A stretch of 64,000 bases of DNA from a virus, in IMG/VR virus record IMGVR_UViG_3300044993_000080, positions 1 through 64,000 of that record; one strand, 5' to 3'. The notes under the pieces were generated by a model that was not told where the DNA came from, did not search any database, and saw nothing but the letters and a program-made list of their open reading frames with translations. A program made the position numbers and the translations under genes. Below are positions 46,922-56,041 of the stretch, piece after piece (position 1 is the stretch's first letter; the number at the start of each line of letters is the position of its first letter).

Positions 46922-47119
46922 TTATCTACCGCCTGCGTGATCCGGGCAATAGTGCTCCCACTGGCCGTTAATCTCATTCCTGCGGGTTCGCCAACGAGCC
47001 CTTTTAAGCTCCTCTCGGGCTTCCATGAAGTCGTCGGTCTCACACTCCACGATCTCGGCGCAACGCTTGCCGTCGCACTCGAAGTAAATGTCACCGTTGG
47101 GCTCGCGGGATACCGTCAC
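46922..47119 (-). CDS. Small Zn-ribbon hypothetical protein
   Basis: FECDG..C...W.......HYCP.H motif. Confidence 0.7.
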   Translation of the reverse strand: MTVSREPNGDIYFECDGKRCAEIVECETDDFMEAREELKRARWRTRRNEINGQWEHYCPDHAGGR

Positions 47120-47190
47120 TGATCCGCCCCGACGTAAATACCTGCCTCAACTCTCTTGGTGGCTACCCCCCTGTTCGTAATGACGCTCAC

Positions 47191-47451
47191 TCACGTTGCG
47201 TTCCTTCTGTTGGCTTCGTCCATGGCGAGTGCCATGCCGAAGGCGGCCTGCTCGGCAGCGATCTTGGCGTCCACTGCGGCTTGCGACACTGCCCAGCATG
47301 TCTTCTCTACCATGCGTCCGAAGAACGGGCACTTGGTGCGGATAAGCTCTCCCCGGCGCACGGCGGCGTTGAGGGCACGCTTGGCGTCCGCGTCGATCTG
47401 CCCGATGTCGATGATCGGCTGCGTCTTGGCTACGGCCACCCAATCCGTCAT
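47191..47451 (-). CDS. Hypothetical protein
   Basis: Translationally coupled ORF. Confidence 0.65.
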   Translation of the reverse strand: MTDWVAVAKTQPIIDIGQIDADAKRALNAAVRRGELIRTKCPFFGRMVEKTCWAVSQAAVDAKIAAEQAAFGMALAMDEANRRNAT

Positions 47452-47663
47452 ATGCGGTTGCCCCACGAACGGCTGTCAGTATCAGCCCGCCCTGACTGAC
47501 TGGCGATCAGAGCGCGCATCTGCTTAATGTGCTTGCGCATGAAGGCCGGGTCATGGCGCAACTGGTTGTGAATACGATCACGCTGCTGGACGTGCCGGTA
47601 GGCTTGCATTTCGTCCATACCGGTTTCGGCCATGATTTCCTGAATACGTGCTTCACGTGCCAT
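47448..47663 (-). CDS. Hypothetical protein
   Basis: Own promoter and GTCGAGAGGAG leader. Confidence 0.7.
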   Translation of the reverse strand: MAREARIQEIMAETGMDEMQAYRHVQQRDRIHNQLRHDPAFMRKHIKQMRALIASQSGRADTDSRSWGNRI

Positions 47664-47742
47664 CTCAAACTCCTCTCGACTTGATAACGTTAGAATAGCG
47701 CACATTTATTGTCAAGAGGATAAACCTGCACCCGGTTGCAAG

Positions 47743-47773
47743 AAAAAGGGCCAGTCGTAAGACCGGCCCTTTT
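47743..47773. terminator. Bidirectional intrinsic terminator
   Basis: AAAAAGGGCCAGTC-GTAA-GACCGGCCCTTTT. Confidence 0.85.
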
Positions 47774-47838
47774 GAAGTATGGGAGAGGATGCTTAAAGGC
47801 GCGTCCCTTATAGCACGCCCACGCCGAAGTGCAAGACC

Positions 47839-48564
47839 TTACGGCGTGGTCGTGGTCACGTTGATCGTGCGGTTGACGGGCGCAGTCACACCATCGGTGA
47901 TGACCGCGACAAAACTGAACGTGATGTTCGCACCGAAGGCTGGGGCGGTGAGCGCGAAATTGGGGGCCATGGTGAAAGTGACGCCGCCGATAACGACCTC
48001 GCGGTCGAGTTCCCAGTTCTTGCCGTCCACCGAAAGGACCGATAGGGTCTCCGTGGTGTTCTCGGCGTTGGTGACGCCCGAGAGCAAATTGATGTTGAAT
48101 GCAGCGTCGTTGGCGATGCTGTAGTTGAGCGGCGCAGCAACCGGCTGCGCACCCCGGTTCGTGGCCCAATCGTCAGCAAGATCGGACGGGTCCGGGATCG
48201 TGCTTTGGTTGTTGTCGGCGGCGAACTTCTGGAGCTTCGCAACAATGCGCTGGGCGCTCGGGAAATAGCCATTGTTCGACGCACTGACACTGGCGAGCGC
48301 GAAGTCGGCCAGTGCTTCCGCATCGGCGATGTAGTCGTCCCAGTCGGTGCCATCCGCATCGAGTTTGGCGAGTTGGGCGGTGCGCAGCTTCAGCAGTGCG
48401 AACGCTGCCAGCGCCAGCGCGTCGTCTGCCGGGATGATCGGCGGGTTGCGGTGCACGTCGCCCTTGACGAGTTTCGCCATGGTCGTGAGGTTGTGGTTGA
48501 TAAGGAAACGGCGGGCGAGATATTCGACCGGCTGCTTCTGCGAGTTTACGGGGATCGTGACCAT
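47839..48564 (-). CDS. Hypothetical protein with C-terminal Ig/cadherin-like beta domain (possible virion protein)
   Basis: CAGGAG RBS. C-terminal INLL.GVT...E.LSV...F.....TDG.....TINV pattern. Strongly biased codons. Confidence 0.65.
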   Translation of the reverse strand: MVTIPVNSQKQPVEYLARRFLINHNLTTMAKLVKGDVHRNPPIIPADDALALAAFALLKLRTAQLAKLDADGTDWDDYIADAEALADFALASVSASNNGYFPSAQRIVAKLQKFAADNNQSTIPDPSDLADDWATNRGAQPVAAPLNYSIANDAAFNINLLSGVTNAENTTETLSVLSVDGKNWELDREVVIGGVTFTMAPNFALTAPAFGANITFSFVAVITDGVTAPVNRTINVTTTTP

Positions 48565-48651
48565 GGCATGGCTCCTGTATGATGGAGACTACCCGCTACA
48601 CCGTTGCAACGGGTTGCACGTGGTGTAGCAGGTCAGTGGCCGGATAGCAAG

Positions 48652-50652
48652 TCAACGGCGGCGGATGACCGCCTTGCGGCGGACTTGCTGCTTGCGGCGG
48701 CTGGCCGGAGGTGTGCGCTGGCGGTTCCCGTCACTGTCTGTAGTCTCCATGCCTGTGCGGATCAGGCGACTAGTCAGCGCTTCGTTGATAGCCCCTACTA
48801 CACCGTCCGATACGTCCTTGGTGCCGCGCGGTGGATGGTCTACTTTGTTTTTGATCGGAAAGTGCTCTACCGTCTGCCACTCATACTTGAGCAATTCGCA
48901 GCCCGGCTGGATGTCTAACCGATCCTGATACAGGATGTCGCGGGCGGCCTCATACGGCGCGGTGCCCCGGTCCACACTCACCACGTCGCTGTGCACGCCG
49001 AACTTGCGCGTGATCTGAATGCTTTCTGCGGAACCGAACCCGTCGAACGTGAGGCTCTGAAGATTGACGCCATGTCTGGTGAGAGAAAGCACAAACTGCC
49101 GGACCCGCGCGATGTCGATCTCATTCATCACATCAGGCTGAATGCCGATAGCCGCTACCACGGTGAGCTTGGGCAGAACCTCGAACGTGCCGGGCTCGAC
49201 ATCGCTCTCCTGATTGATCCATCCGTCATGCCGGACAATGCCGATCCCGCAACGGTCCTTGTTCTTGGACAAGTCAACGTGTGCAAAGTGCGGGCGGTCC
49301 CGGACGCGCTCTCCGGGTAAGTTGTCGATGATCCACTCCGGAAAGTCGTCTTCTGCCAGCACCCACTCGTCTTGTTTAACCCATGGTTTGAGCCCGCGCT
49401 CTTCACCGCGTTGAATGGCATCTGTAATCTTGTTCTTCCGCCGAAAGAATGGCGTAATGGCATCGGTGGAAATCCCGATAACGTCTCGGAGCGCAGCATC
49501 GGGGTTTTTCTTGAATTGCACCTTGTAGGGCATCGGCACTTTGTAAATAGTCGCATCAGCGGGGAAATGGACGCCCGGCTTCTCCCAGTCTTCCAGCACC
49601 CGGCTTCCGTATTCGTCGGTGCCCACCAGCAAGTCAAACGTGGCGTATCCGCCGTCTGCGAAGCGCGGGTTCTTGGCAAACTGGCTGTATCGCAGTGTTA
49701 TGAAGTTCTTGGGTATCGGATTTGCGCCGTGCCGCTCTTCCTCATAGATGCGCTCCATTTCGTCGATCTTGCGATCCAAGAAGTCGTTCTTGTAGCGGGT
49801 TGATGACACCGCGCTGATCGAGCCTATGCTAACACCCTTTGTGGTAAATGAACGCTGGCGACGGCGTTCGATGTTGCTGAACACCTCTTCGGCCTGATCG
49901 TAATAGCCGCCCATGCCTTGCGCGCCGGGCACCTGCTTACTGTCTTCGATGATGGCCATGAAGTTAACCTCGTCCAGAATGGCCGCGAACACCGCCTGCC
50001 CAAGCAAACTCTGGAGACTGGCCGCCGTGGGCACGATCTGGATGTTGCCTTCAAGCTCAAGCAGGCTCTCCAGCTTGTCGTTCCATCCTACCCACTTCTG
50101 GGTATATCTCATGCCGGTGAACATCTTGCGGAACGGCTGGTAAAGCACGCGCTTGGTGATCGTCGGACTGACACTCTGAAGCATCCCCACAATGGTCGTC
50201 ATTGGTGTAAGCCCGAATAGCCGCTGTGGTTGCTCATAGCACGTCAAGAGGTAGGTCTGGTAGGCCAGCGTCCCGGTGGAAAGATGCGACTTTCCCCAGC
50301 CGGTAGCGCCGCCTAGCAAATTGAGGTGAATGGGCTGCTCGCCAATGAGCACGTCCGGGTTCATCATCCTAAGCTCTTCGCGCAGCGTTGGCCAAATATC
50401 GTATTCGACCCCTGCAAGAAACTCCTTGCTCTCCACGAACTCGTCAATGGTAACAGGGGTGCGCCTCATCCGCCCGATAGCTTCAAAGAACGCCGGATTG
50501 TCGCGCAGGATAAGCTCTTCGGCGGCGTTCTTGAATATTGCAGCCTCGCGCGGAAAGCCGGACGCCAACGCGTGCGAATAGGCACGCTCGGCATCGAGCT
50601 TCAATTGGGTAAGACGGGATCGGTGCGATTTGTTGGTCTTGGCTAGGCTCAT
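48652..50652 (-). CDS. terL: Terminase large subunit
   Basis: Walker A GATGWGKS, Walker B AAILDE, and nuclease motifs HVDLS..KD, TFDGF.S and DHP..GTKDVSD. Confidence 0.92.
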   Translation of the reverse strand: MSLAKTNKSHRSRLTQLKLDAERAYSHALASGFPREAAIFKNAAEELILRDNPAFFEAIGRMRRTPVTIDEFVESKEFLAGVEYDIWPTLREELRMMNPDVLIGEQPIHLNLLGGATGWGKSHLSTGTLAYQTYLLTCYEQPQRLFGLTPMTTIVGMLQSVSPTITKRVLYQPFRKMFTGMRYTQKWVGWNDKLESLLELEGNIQIVPTAASLQSLLGQAVFAAILDEVNFMAIIEDSKQVPGAQGMGGYYDQAEEVFSNIERRRQRSFTTKGVSIGSISAVSSTRYKNDFLDRKIDEMERIYEEERHGANPIPKNFITLRYSQFAKNPRFADGGYATFDLLVGTDEYGSRVLEDWEKPGVHFPADATIYKVPMPYKVQFKKNPDAALRDVIGISTDAITPFFRRKNKITDAIQRGEERGLKPWVKQDEWVLAEDDFPEWIIDNLPGERVRDRPHFAHVDLSKNKDRCGIGIVRHDGWINQESDVEPGTFEVLPKLTVVAAIGIQPDVMNEIDIARVRQFVLSLTRHGVNLQSLTFDGFGSAESIQITRKFGVHSDVVSVDRGTAPYEAARDILYQDRLDIQPGCELLKYEWQTVEHFPIKNKVDHPPRGTKDVSDGVVGAINEALTSRLIRTGMETTDSDGNRQRTPPASRRKQQVRRKAVIRRR

Positions 50653-50653
50653 G

Positions 50654-51382
50654 TCAAAGCTCGCCGACTATTTTCGACCCCGGCACCAGTCCGACACGTG
50701 GCTCCTGATAACCACCCTCAAGAAACCTCTGCGCCATCTCTTTCAGGACGTTCGCACTGCCGCTGTCTTCGTCGTCACTCACCAGCGGGGCTCGCATCGG
50801 CGTGCTCTCGAACAGCCCGGCGACCTGCAACAATCGCGCCATGTCCATGTTGCTCCGCAGGATGACCTCCAAGGCGCGCATCCTACGGTTCCAATTCTTT
50901 GCGTGGTTTCCGGACAAGGCTATCTCGCGCCATGCGACCGCGCGCGCTTCTTCCATCTCTGCGATCATTGGGCCAATGAAGTCGAAAGCATCGCGCCCCT
51001 TGGCCTGCTCTCTGATCCTGCGGGTTAACTTTTCGCGCAACCACTTATAGGAGCCGTATGAGATATTCATCCGCTGGCAGATGACATTCACGGGCGTCTT
51101 GGCAAGCAAGAATTGATGCAGTGTCGAGAGCAACACGTCTTGGCCCGCGTCTTTGTCAACGCGCGACATCGCGTCAGCTACATCCCGGACGTGAACCTGC
51201 GGGATGGAAGTCTCGCCCGTGGCAGGGTCTCGCACAGGCTGCATTGCGGGCGGACCATCCCAAGCGGCGAAGTGGCCGTTTTCGGGATCATCCATGGGGA
51301 CCGGGCGCTGCGCTGTCCGGGCGCGCGAACGGGGCGGCGGGTCAGCCGCTGGCCTCACCCTGCGCCTCGGATTGATCGCCAC
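50654..51382 (-). CDS. Putative terminase small subunit
   Basis: Directly upstream of TerL, with an HTH-like segment followed by helical oligomerisation-like helices. Confidence 0.6.
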   Translation of the reverse strand: MAINPRRRVRPAADPPPRSRARTAQRPVPMDDPENGHFAAWDGPPAMQPVRDPATGETSIPQVHVRDVADAMSRVDKDAGQDVLLSTLHQFLLAKTPVNVICQRMNISYGSYKWLREKLTRRIREQAKGRDAFDFIGPMIAEMEEARAVAWREIALSGNHAKNWNRRMRALEVILRSNMDMARLLQVAGLFESTPMRAPLVSDDEDSGSANVLKEMAQRFLEGGYQEPRVGLVPGSKIVGEL

Positions 51383-51403
51383 GACCTAGCCCCTGCCTAG
51401 GCT

Positions 51404-51943
51404 CTATGCCGTCTTCGGGCGTTTGCCGCTCCGGTCAGCCGGAACCCATGCCCGACTGTAGGCGTGATCCGGGATTTCGAGCTTCGTGAATACGCTTTCT
51501 TGCAGGAGCAAGTCGATCTCGCTGCGGTCCGCGCCAAGCTCTTCGCACAACTGCGGGATCGGCACTGCGTGGTCTCGCACTAGGCTCGTGACAAGTTCGT
51601 GCATCCGGGCGGCGACGTGCGATCCCTTAGCGCGATTGATGCGCACGGTCAGCATCTTGCGCTCGGCGTCGGTGATGTCGAGCACGGCGCACGGAACGGC
51701 AGTGCCGAACTTGGCGCGCAAGTCCTCGTCCACCTTGGCGAGTGTCGAACGGTGGAACCCGTCAATGATAAGGTAACGCCCGTTTGCAGTCTCGGCCACT
51801 AGGACCGGCTGTATCCAGCCTTGTTTGAGAAGCGATAGCTTCAGCAGCCGCATTTCCGGGCCAATGACCACATTGGGGTTGTAGTCGTTGGCGTCAAGAA
51901 GATCAACGTCGATCCACTGGATGTTGTCGATAGGGTGGTTCAC
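51404..51943 (-). CDS. ParB-N domain protein, IbrB-like
   Basis: P.DN.QW....L.ANDYNPN.V..PE..LL..S....GW.QP, IIDGFHR and TVR.NRAKG.H motifs. Confidence 0.9.
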   Translation of the reverse strand: MNHPIDNIQWIDVDLLDANDYNPNVVIGPEMRLLKLSLLKQGWIQPVLVAETANGRYLIIDGFHRSTLAKVDEDLRAKFGTAVPCAVLDITDAERKMLTVRINRAKGSHVAARMHELVTSLVRDHAVPIPQLCEELGADRSEIDLLLQESVFTKLEIPDHAYSRAWVPADRSGKRPKTA

Positions 51944-52033
51944 TGTCTATCCCTCTGTTCTGCTCCGGTGCAACGGGTTGCAAGCCGGGATGCTGCCGAG
52001 ACTGATCTTCTTAGCCCGTGCCGGGCGTCCGCG

Positions 52034-53254
52034 TCAATTACAGCCCGCGCGTGCAGCGGCCTCAGCCTCAGCTTGCCGCTCGTAGTCGATCATACTCTGG
52101 TCCGGGTTCGAGTGCACTTGGATACCTTTTTGCCAGTCTCCGCTCACCACCTTCTGGAACACGTGCAGGATCGGGTAGCCGAAGCACGCGCCTTTATCGC
52201 TGTATTTTCCCCTGCGCTTGTTGTTATTTTTGCTGATCCACGCCGTCTTGACGGCCTTGATCGCGCGCTCCCGATTTACCGGGTCGTCGATCTCGTCTTC
52301 GATGTAGCGGATAATCCCCTCGAAACTCTTGGGATACCGACTGATGACAGCGAAGCGATCCACGTCCTTCCAGTAGCGCTCGTGGGTAGCGACCTCAGGG
52401 AATACGTCTATGATCTGCTCGAAAAACTTGGGATACATGACCCGCAAGCGCTTCAAGTAGTTGTATGCTTTGTCGTGGAGCGGGGTCGAAACGCGCAGTG
52501 GAGCGCCAGCGAATAACTCCTGCTCGTAAATTCGACAATAACTGATCCCCCGGTCATAGAAGTAGCGGAATACGTCCCGCTCACTCCAGTCGTAAATCAC
52601 CTTGATGAAGTCACTGTCCTTAGCGCCGCCGCTGTCCCCCGCGATGTAATTGTAAGTGTTCTTGATTACGTTCGAGGCCCGGAACCGCATCAGGCTCTCT
52701 TGGGCTCGGATGCCGTTGAATACCCCGATCTTCCCTTTCCACCCCAGCTTCAGGTTGGTAAGCGCCTGCATCTCGTGCTGGTCGAGCGGCAAGTTCTCTG
52801 GGTGAAGCTGGCGGATCGCACAAGAAGGCGGTTCCCGCAGATGCTTGCGGTTTACGTCCCACTGCACGTAGGGCAGGTGCTTACCCATGATGAAATAGTG
52901 CGACTTCATCGGCACGGCGAAGTAATGAAGCCGCCATTTTTCGGGTTCGTCATTGAGCTTCAGCACGAAGTCGATGACCTCTTGCGGGATAAGCTCTTCG
53001 TCGCGGAACACCACGTCAAGCGGCTGGGTCCACCCCATTTCGTCCATCACCTCGCGCACAAGGTGGAGCACGACTAGGCTGTCCTTACCACCCGAATAGG
53101 AGACAGCGCAGCGGTCGTAGATCGTCAGGCAATGCCTGATGCGCTTCTTCGCTTCGGTCAGCACATCGCTGTCGATATAATGGACGCGGTTCTCGGCGAA
53201 AACATGCGGGCGATCTGCGGGGGCGATAGCCCTCTCTGCCTCGTAGGACAGCAT
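52034..53254 (-). CDS. PAPS-reductase-like PP-loop protein, IbrA-like
   Basis: SYSGGKDS PP-loop, F.DEE, GIRAQES..R and IYDW...DV motifs. Confidence 0.9.
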   Translation of the reverse strand: MLSYEAERAIAPADRPHVFAENRVHYIDSDVLTEAKKRIRHCLTIYDRCAVSYSGGKDSLVVLHLVREVMDEMGWTQPLDVVFRDEELIPQEVIDFVLKLNDEPEKWRLHYFAVPMKSHYFIMGKHLPYVQWDVNRKHLREPPSCAIRQLHPENLPLDQHEMQALTNLKLGWKGKIGVFNGIRAQESLMRFRASNVIKNTYNYIAGDSGGAKDSDFIKVIYDWSERDVFRYFYDRGISYCRIYEQELFAGAPLRVSTPLHDKAYNYLKRLRVMYPKFFEQIIDVFPEVATHERYWKDVDRFAVISRYPKSFEGIIRYIEDEIDDPVNRERAIKAVKTAWISKNNNKRRGKYSDKGACFGYPILHVFQKVVSGDWQKGIQVHSNPDQSMIDYERQAEAEAAARAGCN

Positions 53255-53255
53255 G

Positions 53256-54008
53256 TCAGGCTGCCTCGACTTCGAGGTTGGCCGGGAAGCCCATGTCCGT
53301 CAGCAGCAATTGCAGGCGCTCGCCGTTCGTGCCCGCCAACGGGTAGCGGGTGCGCAGCACTGACAGCATGTGCGTGAAGCGATTGTAGGACAGGTCCGAA
53401 GCGAAGCGCAGCGACGTGCGGTGCACGGGCGGGATGTAACCGGCCCAAGCCTTGCGGTTCGCCCCGATCCCGTTGTCTTCGATCTTGGCGTCCGCACTGC
53501 CGGGTCCGGCGTCGCGCTCTTGGTATTCGCCGCCGTCCGGCGCGCTCCAGTTGTCCCCTGCAAAGGGCTCGCCCACGTCTCGCATACCGGGCATGAACAA
53601 CACGTCCTCTTCGCTGAAGCCCAGCGATATGTAGTCGCCTGACCCGACATCGAGGCGCTTGAACTCCTCCGCCACTGCGGCCATGTCCATCGGCGTGATC
53701 TGTTGGATTTGGTTGTGGGCGATGGCATAGCCCTTGCGCTCGGCCTCATCAAGCGTGAGCACGATGCAGGGCACGTCCGTCATCCCAAGCTCGGTAGCCG
53801 CGTCGAAACGCCCATGGCCTTCCACGATCATGTAGTGGCCTCGGCGCGACGGGTGGCGCACCACGCCGATAGGGTCGAGAAACCCAAAGCGCCGGATACT
53901 GGCCATGATCTGGTTGATATTGATCTCGTTGTGGGTGTTGACATTTTCGGGGTCAGGGACCAGCCGGTTAAGGGCGATCTGCTGGATGCGATCTTCAGAC
54001 AGTGACAT
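53256..54008 (-). CDS. ParB-N domain protein
   Basis: P.PEN.N.H....I..I..SI.RFGF.DPI, IVEGHGR..AA and IAHN motifs. Confidence 0.88.
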   Translation of the reverse strand: MSLSEDRIQQIALNRLVPDPENVNTHNEININQIMASIRRFGFLDPIGVVRHPSRRGHYMIVEGHGRFDAATELGMTDVPCIVLTLDEAERKGYAIAHNQIQQITPMDMAAVAEEFKRLDVGSGDYISLGFSEEDVLFMPGMRDVGEPFAGDNWSAPDGGEYQERDAGPGSADAKIEDNGIGANRKAWAGYIPPVHRTSLRFASDLSYNRFTHMLSVLRTRYPLAGTNGERLQLLLTDMGFPANLEVEAA

Positions 54009-54711
54009 GGGCCTGCTCCTTTTCAATATCGGGATCATCGGTATGGCCTGCCAGATAGTCAAGCGGGATGTCGCCGGGGAAAGCCGCTGCGAGCTCCGCA
54101 TAGAGCACCGGATCGACCTTGGCGATTGCGGCCATCAGGACTTCGCCGCCCATGGACTTTGCTGCGCCCTTGCGCACCTCTTCGGCCATGAAGGCACTGA
54201 ACCGGGCCTTGTCTTCCTTGCTGTCCCACACCACGTCATAAGTCAGTGGTGCGCCATCAGCGGCGGTCGAGCCCTGCTCGGCTCGCTCCTCTGGGTCCCC
54301 AAAGTGAACGAATAGGTTGTCTACGATCTTGTCGCTGAAGCCCATATCCCCGAACGCAATGTCGTGGCCCTCTCCCACCAGCGATTGCAGAGTAGTGAAT
54401 AGAGCACCAAAGTCAAAAGTCGATGTCAGCGCGATCTTGTTGTGCGCGATGCGGTAAAGGTCGAGATCGTCCGCACTGGCGTCGCTTATGACCAGCACGG
54501 GCACGTCCACCAGTTGAAGCCTTTGCGCGGCAAGCCACCTGCCGTGACCTTCGACAATGACCCCTTCGGGCGTGATTGCGATGGGGTCGTTGAAGCCAAA
54601 TCGCGTGATTGACGCGGCGATTGCGGCCACGTCTTCATCATTGTGTTGCTTCGAGTTGGTCTCATAGGGCACGAGTTGATGAACCTCGCGCCGCTCCATT
54701 ATCAGCTTCAT
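53995..54711 (-). CDS. ParB-N domain protein (paralogue)
   Basis: L.PY..N.K.H, SI.RFGFNDPI, IVEGHGR.LAA and YRIAHNK motifs. CAGGAGG RBS. Confidence 0.88.
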   Translation of the reverse strand: MKLIMERREVHQLVPYETNSKQHNDEDVAAIAASITRFGFNDPIAITPEGVIVEGHGRWLAAQRLQLVDVPVLVISDASADDLDLYRIAHNKIALTSTFDFGALFTTLQSLVGEGHDIAFGDMGFSDKIVDNLFVHFGDPEERAEQGSTAADGAPLTYDVVWDSKEDKARFSAFMAEEVRKGAAKSMGGEVLMAAIAKVDPVLYAELAAAFPGDIPLDYLAGHTDDPDIEKEQAHVTV

Positions 54712-54920
54712 GTCCGATGCCTCCTGAACGGTTTCCGCCTCATAAACTGCGGGGCGGCCCGATGTCCAGTGTTGCAACGGGTTGCAGCGTAATTTCAGAT
54801 GGGTGAGCCGGGATCGTCCTAGACCTGCCTCGAAGGGCTCTTGGGTCAGGCGTCCCGGCTCGCAAGCGGGGTGGGCGATCTTGGGGCCGTGGCCCGGTGC
54901 AGCGCCCGCGCTTGCTTATG

Positions 54921-55136
54921 TCAAACGAAACGCCGCAAACGACACGCCGCAACCCGTGACGCAACCCGTGACGCAATCGCATCTGCAATCGGGTCTTTGG
55001 CGCTCAATACTGCGGCGACCTCGCCTGCGGTGGCGACACCATTTTCGACCAGCTTCATCATCTCGACAATCTGGCGAGTGGTGTCTTTCTCGTGAACCAT
55101 CTGGATGATGGCGATCTTGGTCTTCAGTTCGGTCAT
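54921..55136 (-). CDS. Hypothetical protein
   Basis: Driven by the 60-bp promoter-leader cassette. Confidence 0.7.
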   Translation of the reverse strand: MTELKTKIAIIQMVHEKDTTRQIVEMMKLVENGVATAGEVAAVLSAKDPIADAIASRVASRVAACRLRRFV

Positions 55137-55193
55137 TTGAAATCTCCCTTTCGACCCCTTAATCATGGCTTAGGCGAGATTTTATGTCAAGCG
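55134..55193 (-). repeat. 60-bp promoter+leader+ATG cassette, copy 1
   Basis: CGCTTGACATAAAATCTCGCCTAAGCCATGATTAAGGGGTCGAAAGGGAGATTTCAAATG. Identical at 58583-58642, one substitution at 60714-60773. Confidence 0.95.
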
Positions 55194-55218
55194 GAAAGTT
55201 GCAACGGGTCGCAGAAAT

Positions 55219-55386
55219 CTAACTCTTGAGCTTGGTGTTATGCTTGGCCTTGAACGCCTCCCCCGCCTTGCAGTAGGCGCACGGCTTCTTCGTGGCGTAT
55301 CCCTTCTGGCCTAGCGAGGCCGCCGCCCGGCCCCAACGCCAGCCCTTGTCGAGACAGTAAGCGCACGAAGCCGTAGGCTTGCTCAT
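55219..55386 (-). CDS. Small Zn-finger protein
   Basis: Two CAYC motifs, translationally coupled start. Confidence 0.6.
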   Translation of the reverse strand: MSKPTASCAYCLDKGWRWGRAAASLGQKGYATKKPCAYCKAGEAFKAKHNTKLKS

Positions 55387-55976
55387 GGCGATACTTGACG
55401 GCGGCGTCCGCGCGGCTGGATCGGCGACAGCGCCGCTTCCGGGGGGCTCGGGAAGCTCCACAGTGCGTGGATGGGCTCTCTCAGGTCTCGGGCCTTGAAC
55501 AGGTCGCGCCCCAGCCCGCACGCCGTGGCATAACTTGCCCAGAGTTCACCGTCCTTGGGGAGCCCGCGCGGATAAATGCGGTCGAAGCCCCAATTCCCCA
55601 GCACCTTGGTTGGGCTCATCACCAACATCGTGAACCACGCACCGTGCTGGTAGTGGTCATAGACGAGATCGAACCATGATCTGGGATCGGTGAAGCGGGC
55701 GTGCAACCGGGCGTGGGTGCGCTTGCTGACAGGATACCAGTCGCCCACGTTGCGGTAGTCTTCGAGATGGGTGAAGATGTAACCACTACCCCTCAAGTCG
55801 TCCGGGCGGCTGAAGCCGGTGATGCTGCATGTGTCCGGACTTCCGCGTTGGCGGCGCAAGATGCGCTGCGGTGGGTTGGTGGCGATGCGCTCTTCCCAAC
55901 TGAAGCCGTTGTAGCGTCGGGACTTGGACAAGAGCTTGCCCGTGGCGAGGAGGTCGTTGATCGTTGCAATAGCCAT
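55383..55976 (-). CDS. Hypothetical protein, degenerate HNH-like
   Basis: YNGFS..ER, CSITG, H.EDY and H.RLH.RF motifs. Confidence 0.65.
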   Translation of the reverse strand: MAIATINDLLATGKLLSKSRRYNGFSWEERIATNPPQRILRRQRGSPDTCSITGFSRPDDLRGSGYIFTHLEDYRNVGDWYPVSKRTHARLHARFTDPRSWFDLVYDHYQHGAWFTMLVMSPTKVLGNWGFDRIYPRGLPKDGELWASYATACGLGRDLFKARDLREPIHALWSFPSPPEAALSPIQPRGRRRQVSP

Positions 55977-56041
55977 GTATCAATGCTCGCATAAGCTGAG
56001 GGGTAAGTGAAGCCCGAACTCGCCATTCGGGCGGGTTCGGC

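Noticed and set aside
54948-54975. Tandem CGCAACCCGTGA x2
   Set aside because: A short in-frame duplication (ASRVASRV) that only half-resembles the palindrome box, so it was not counted.
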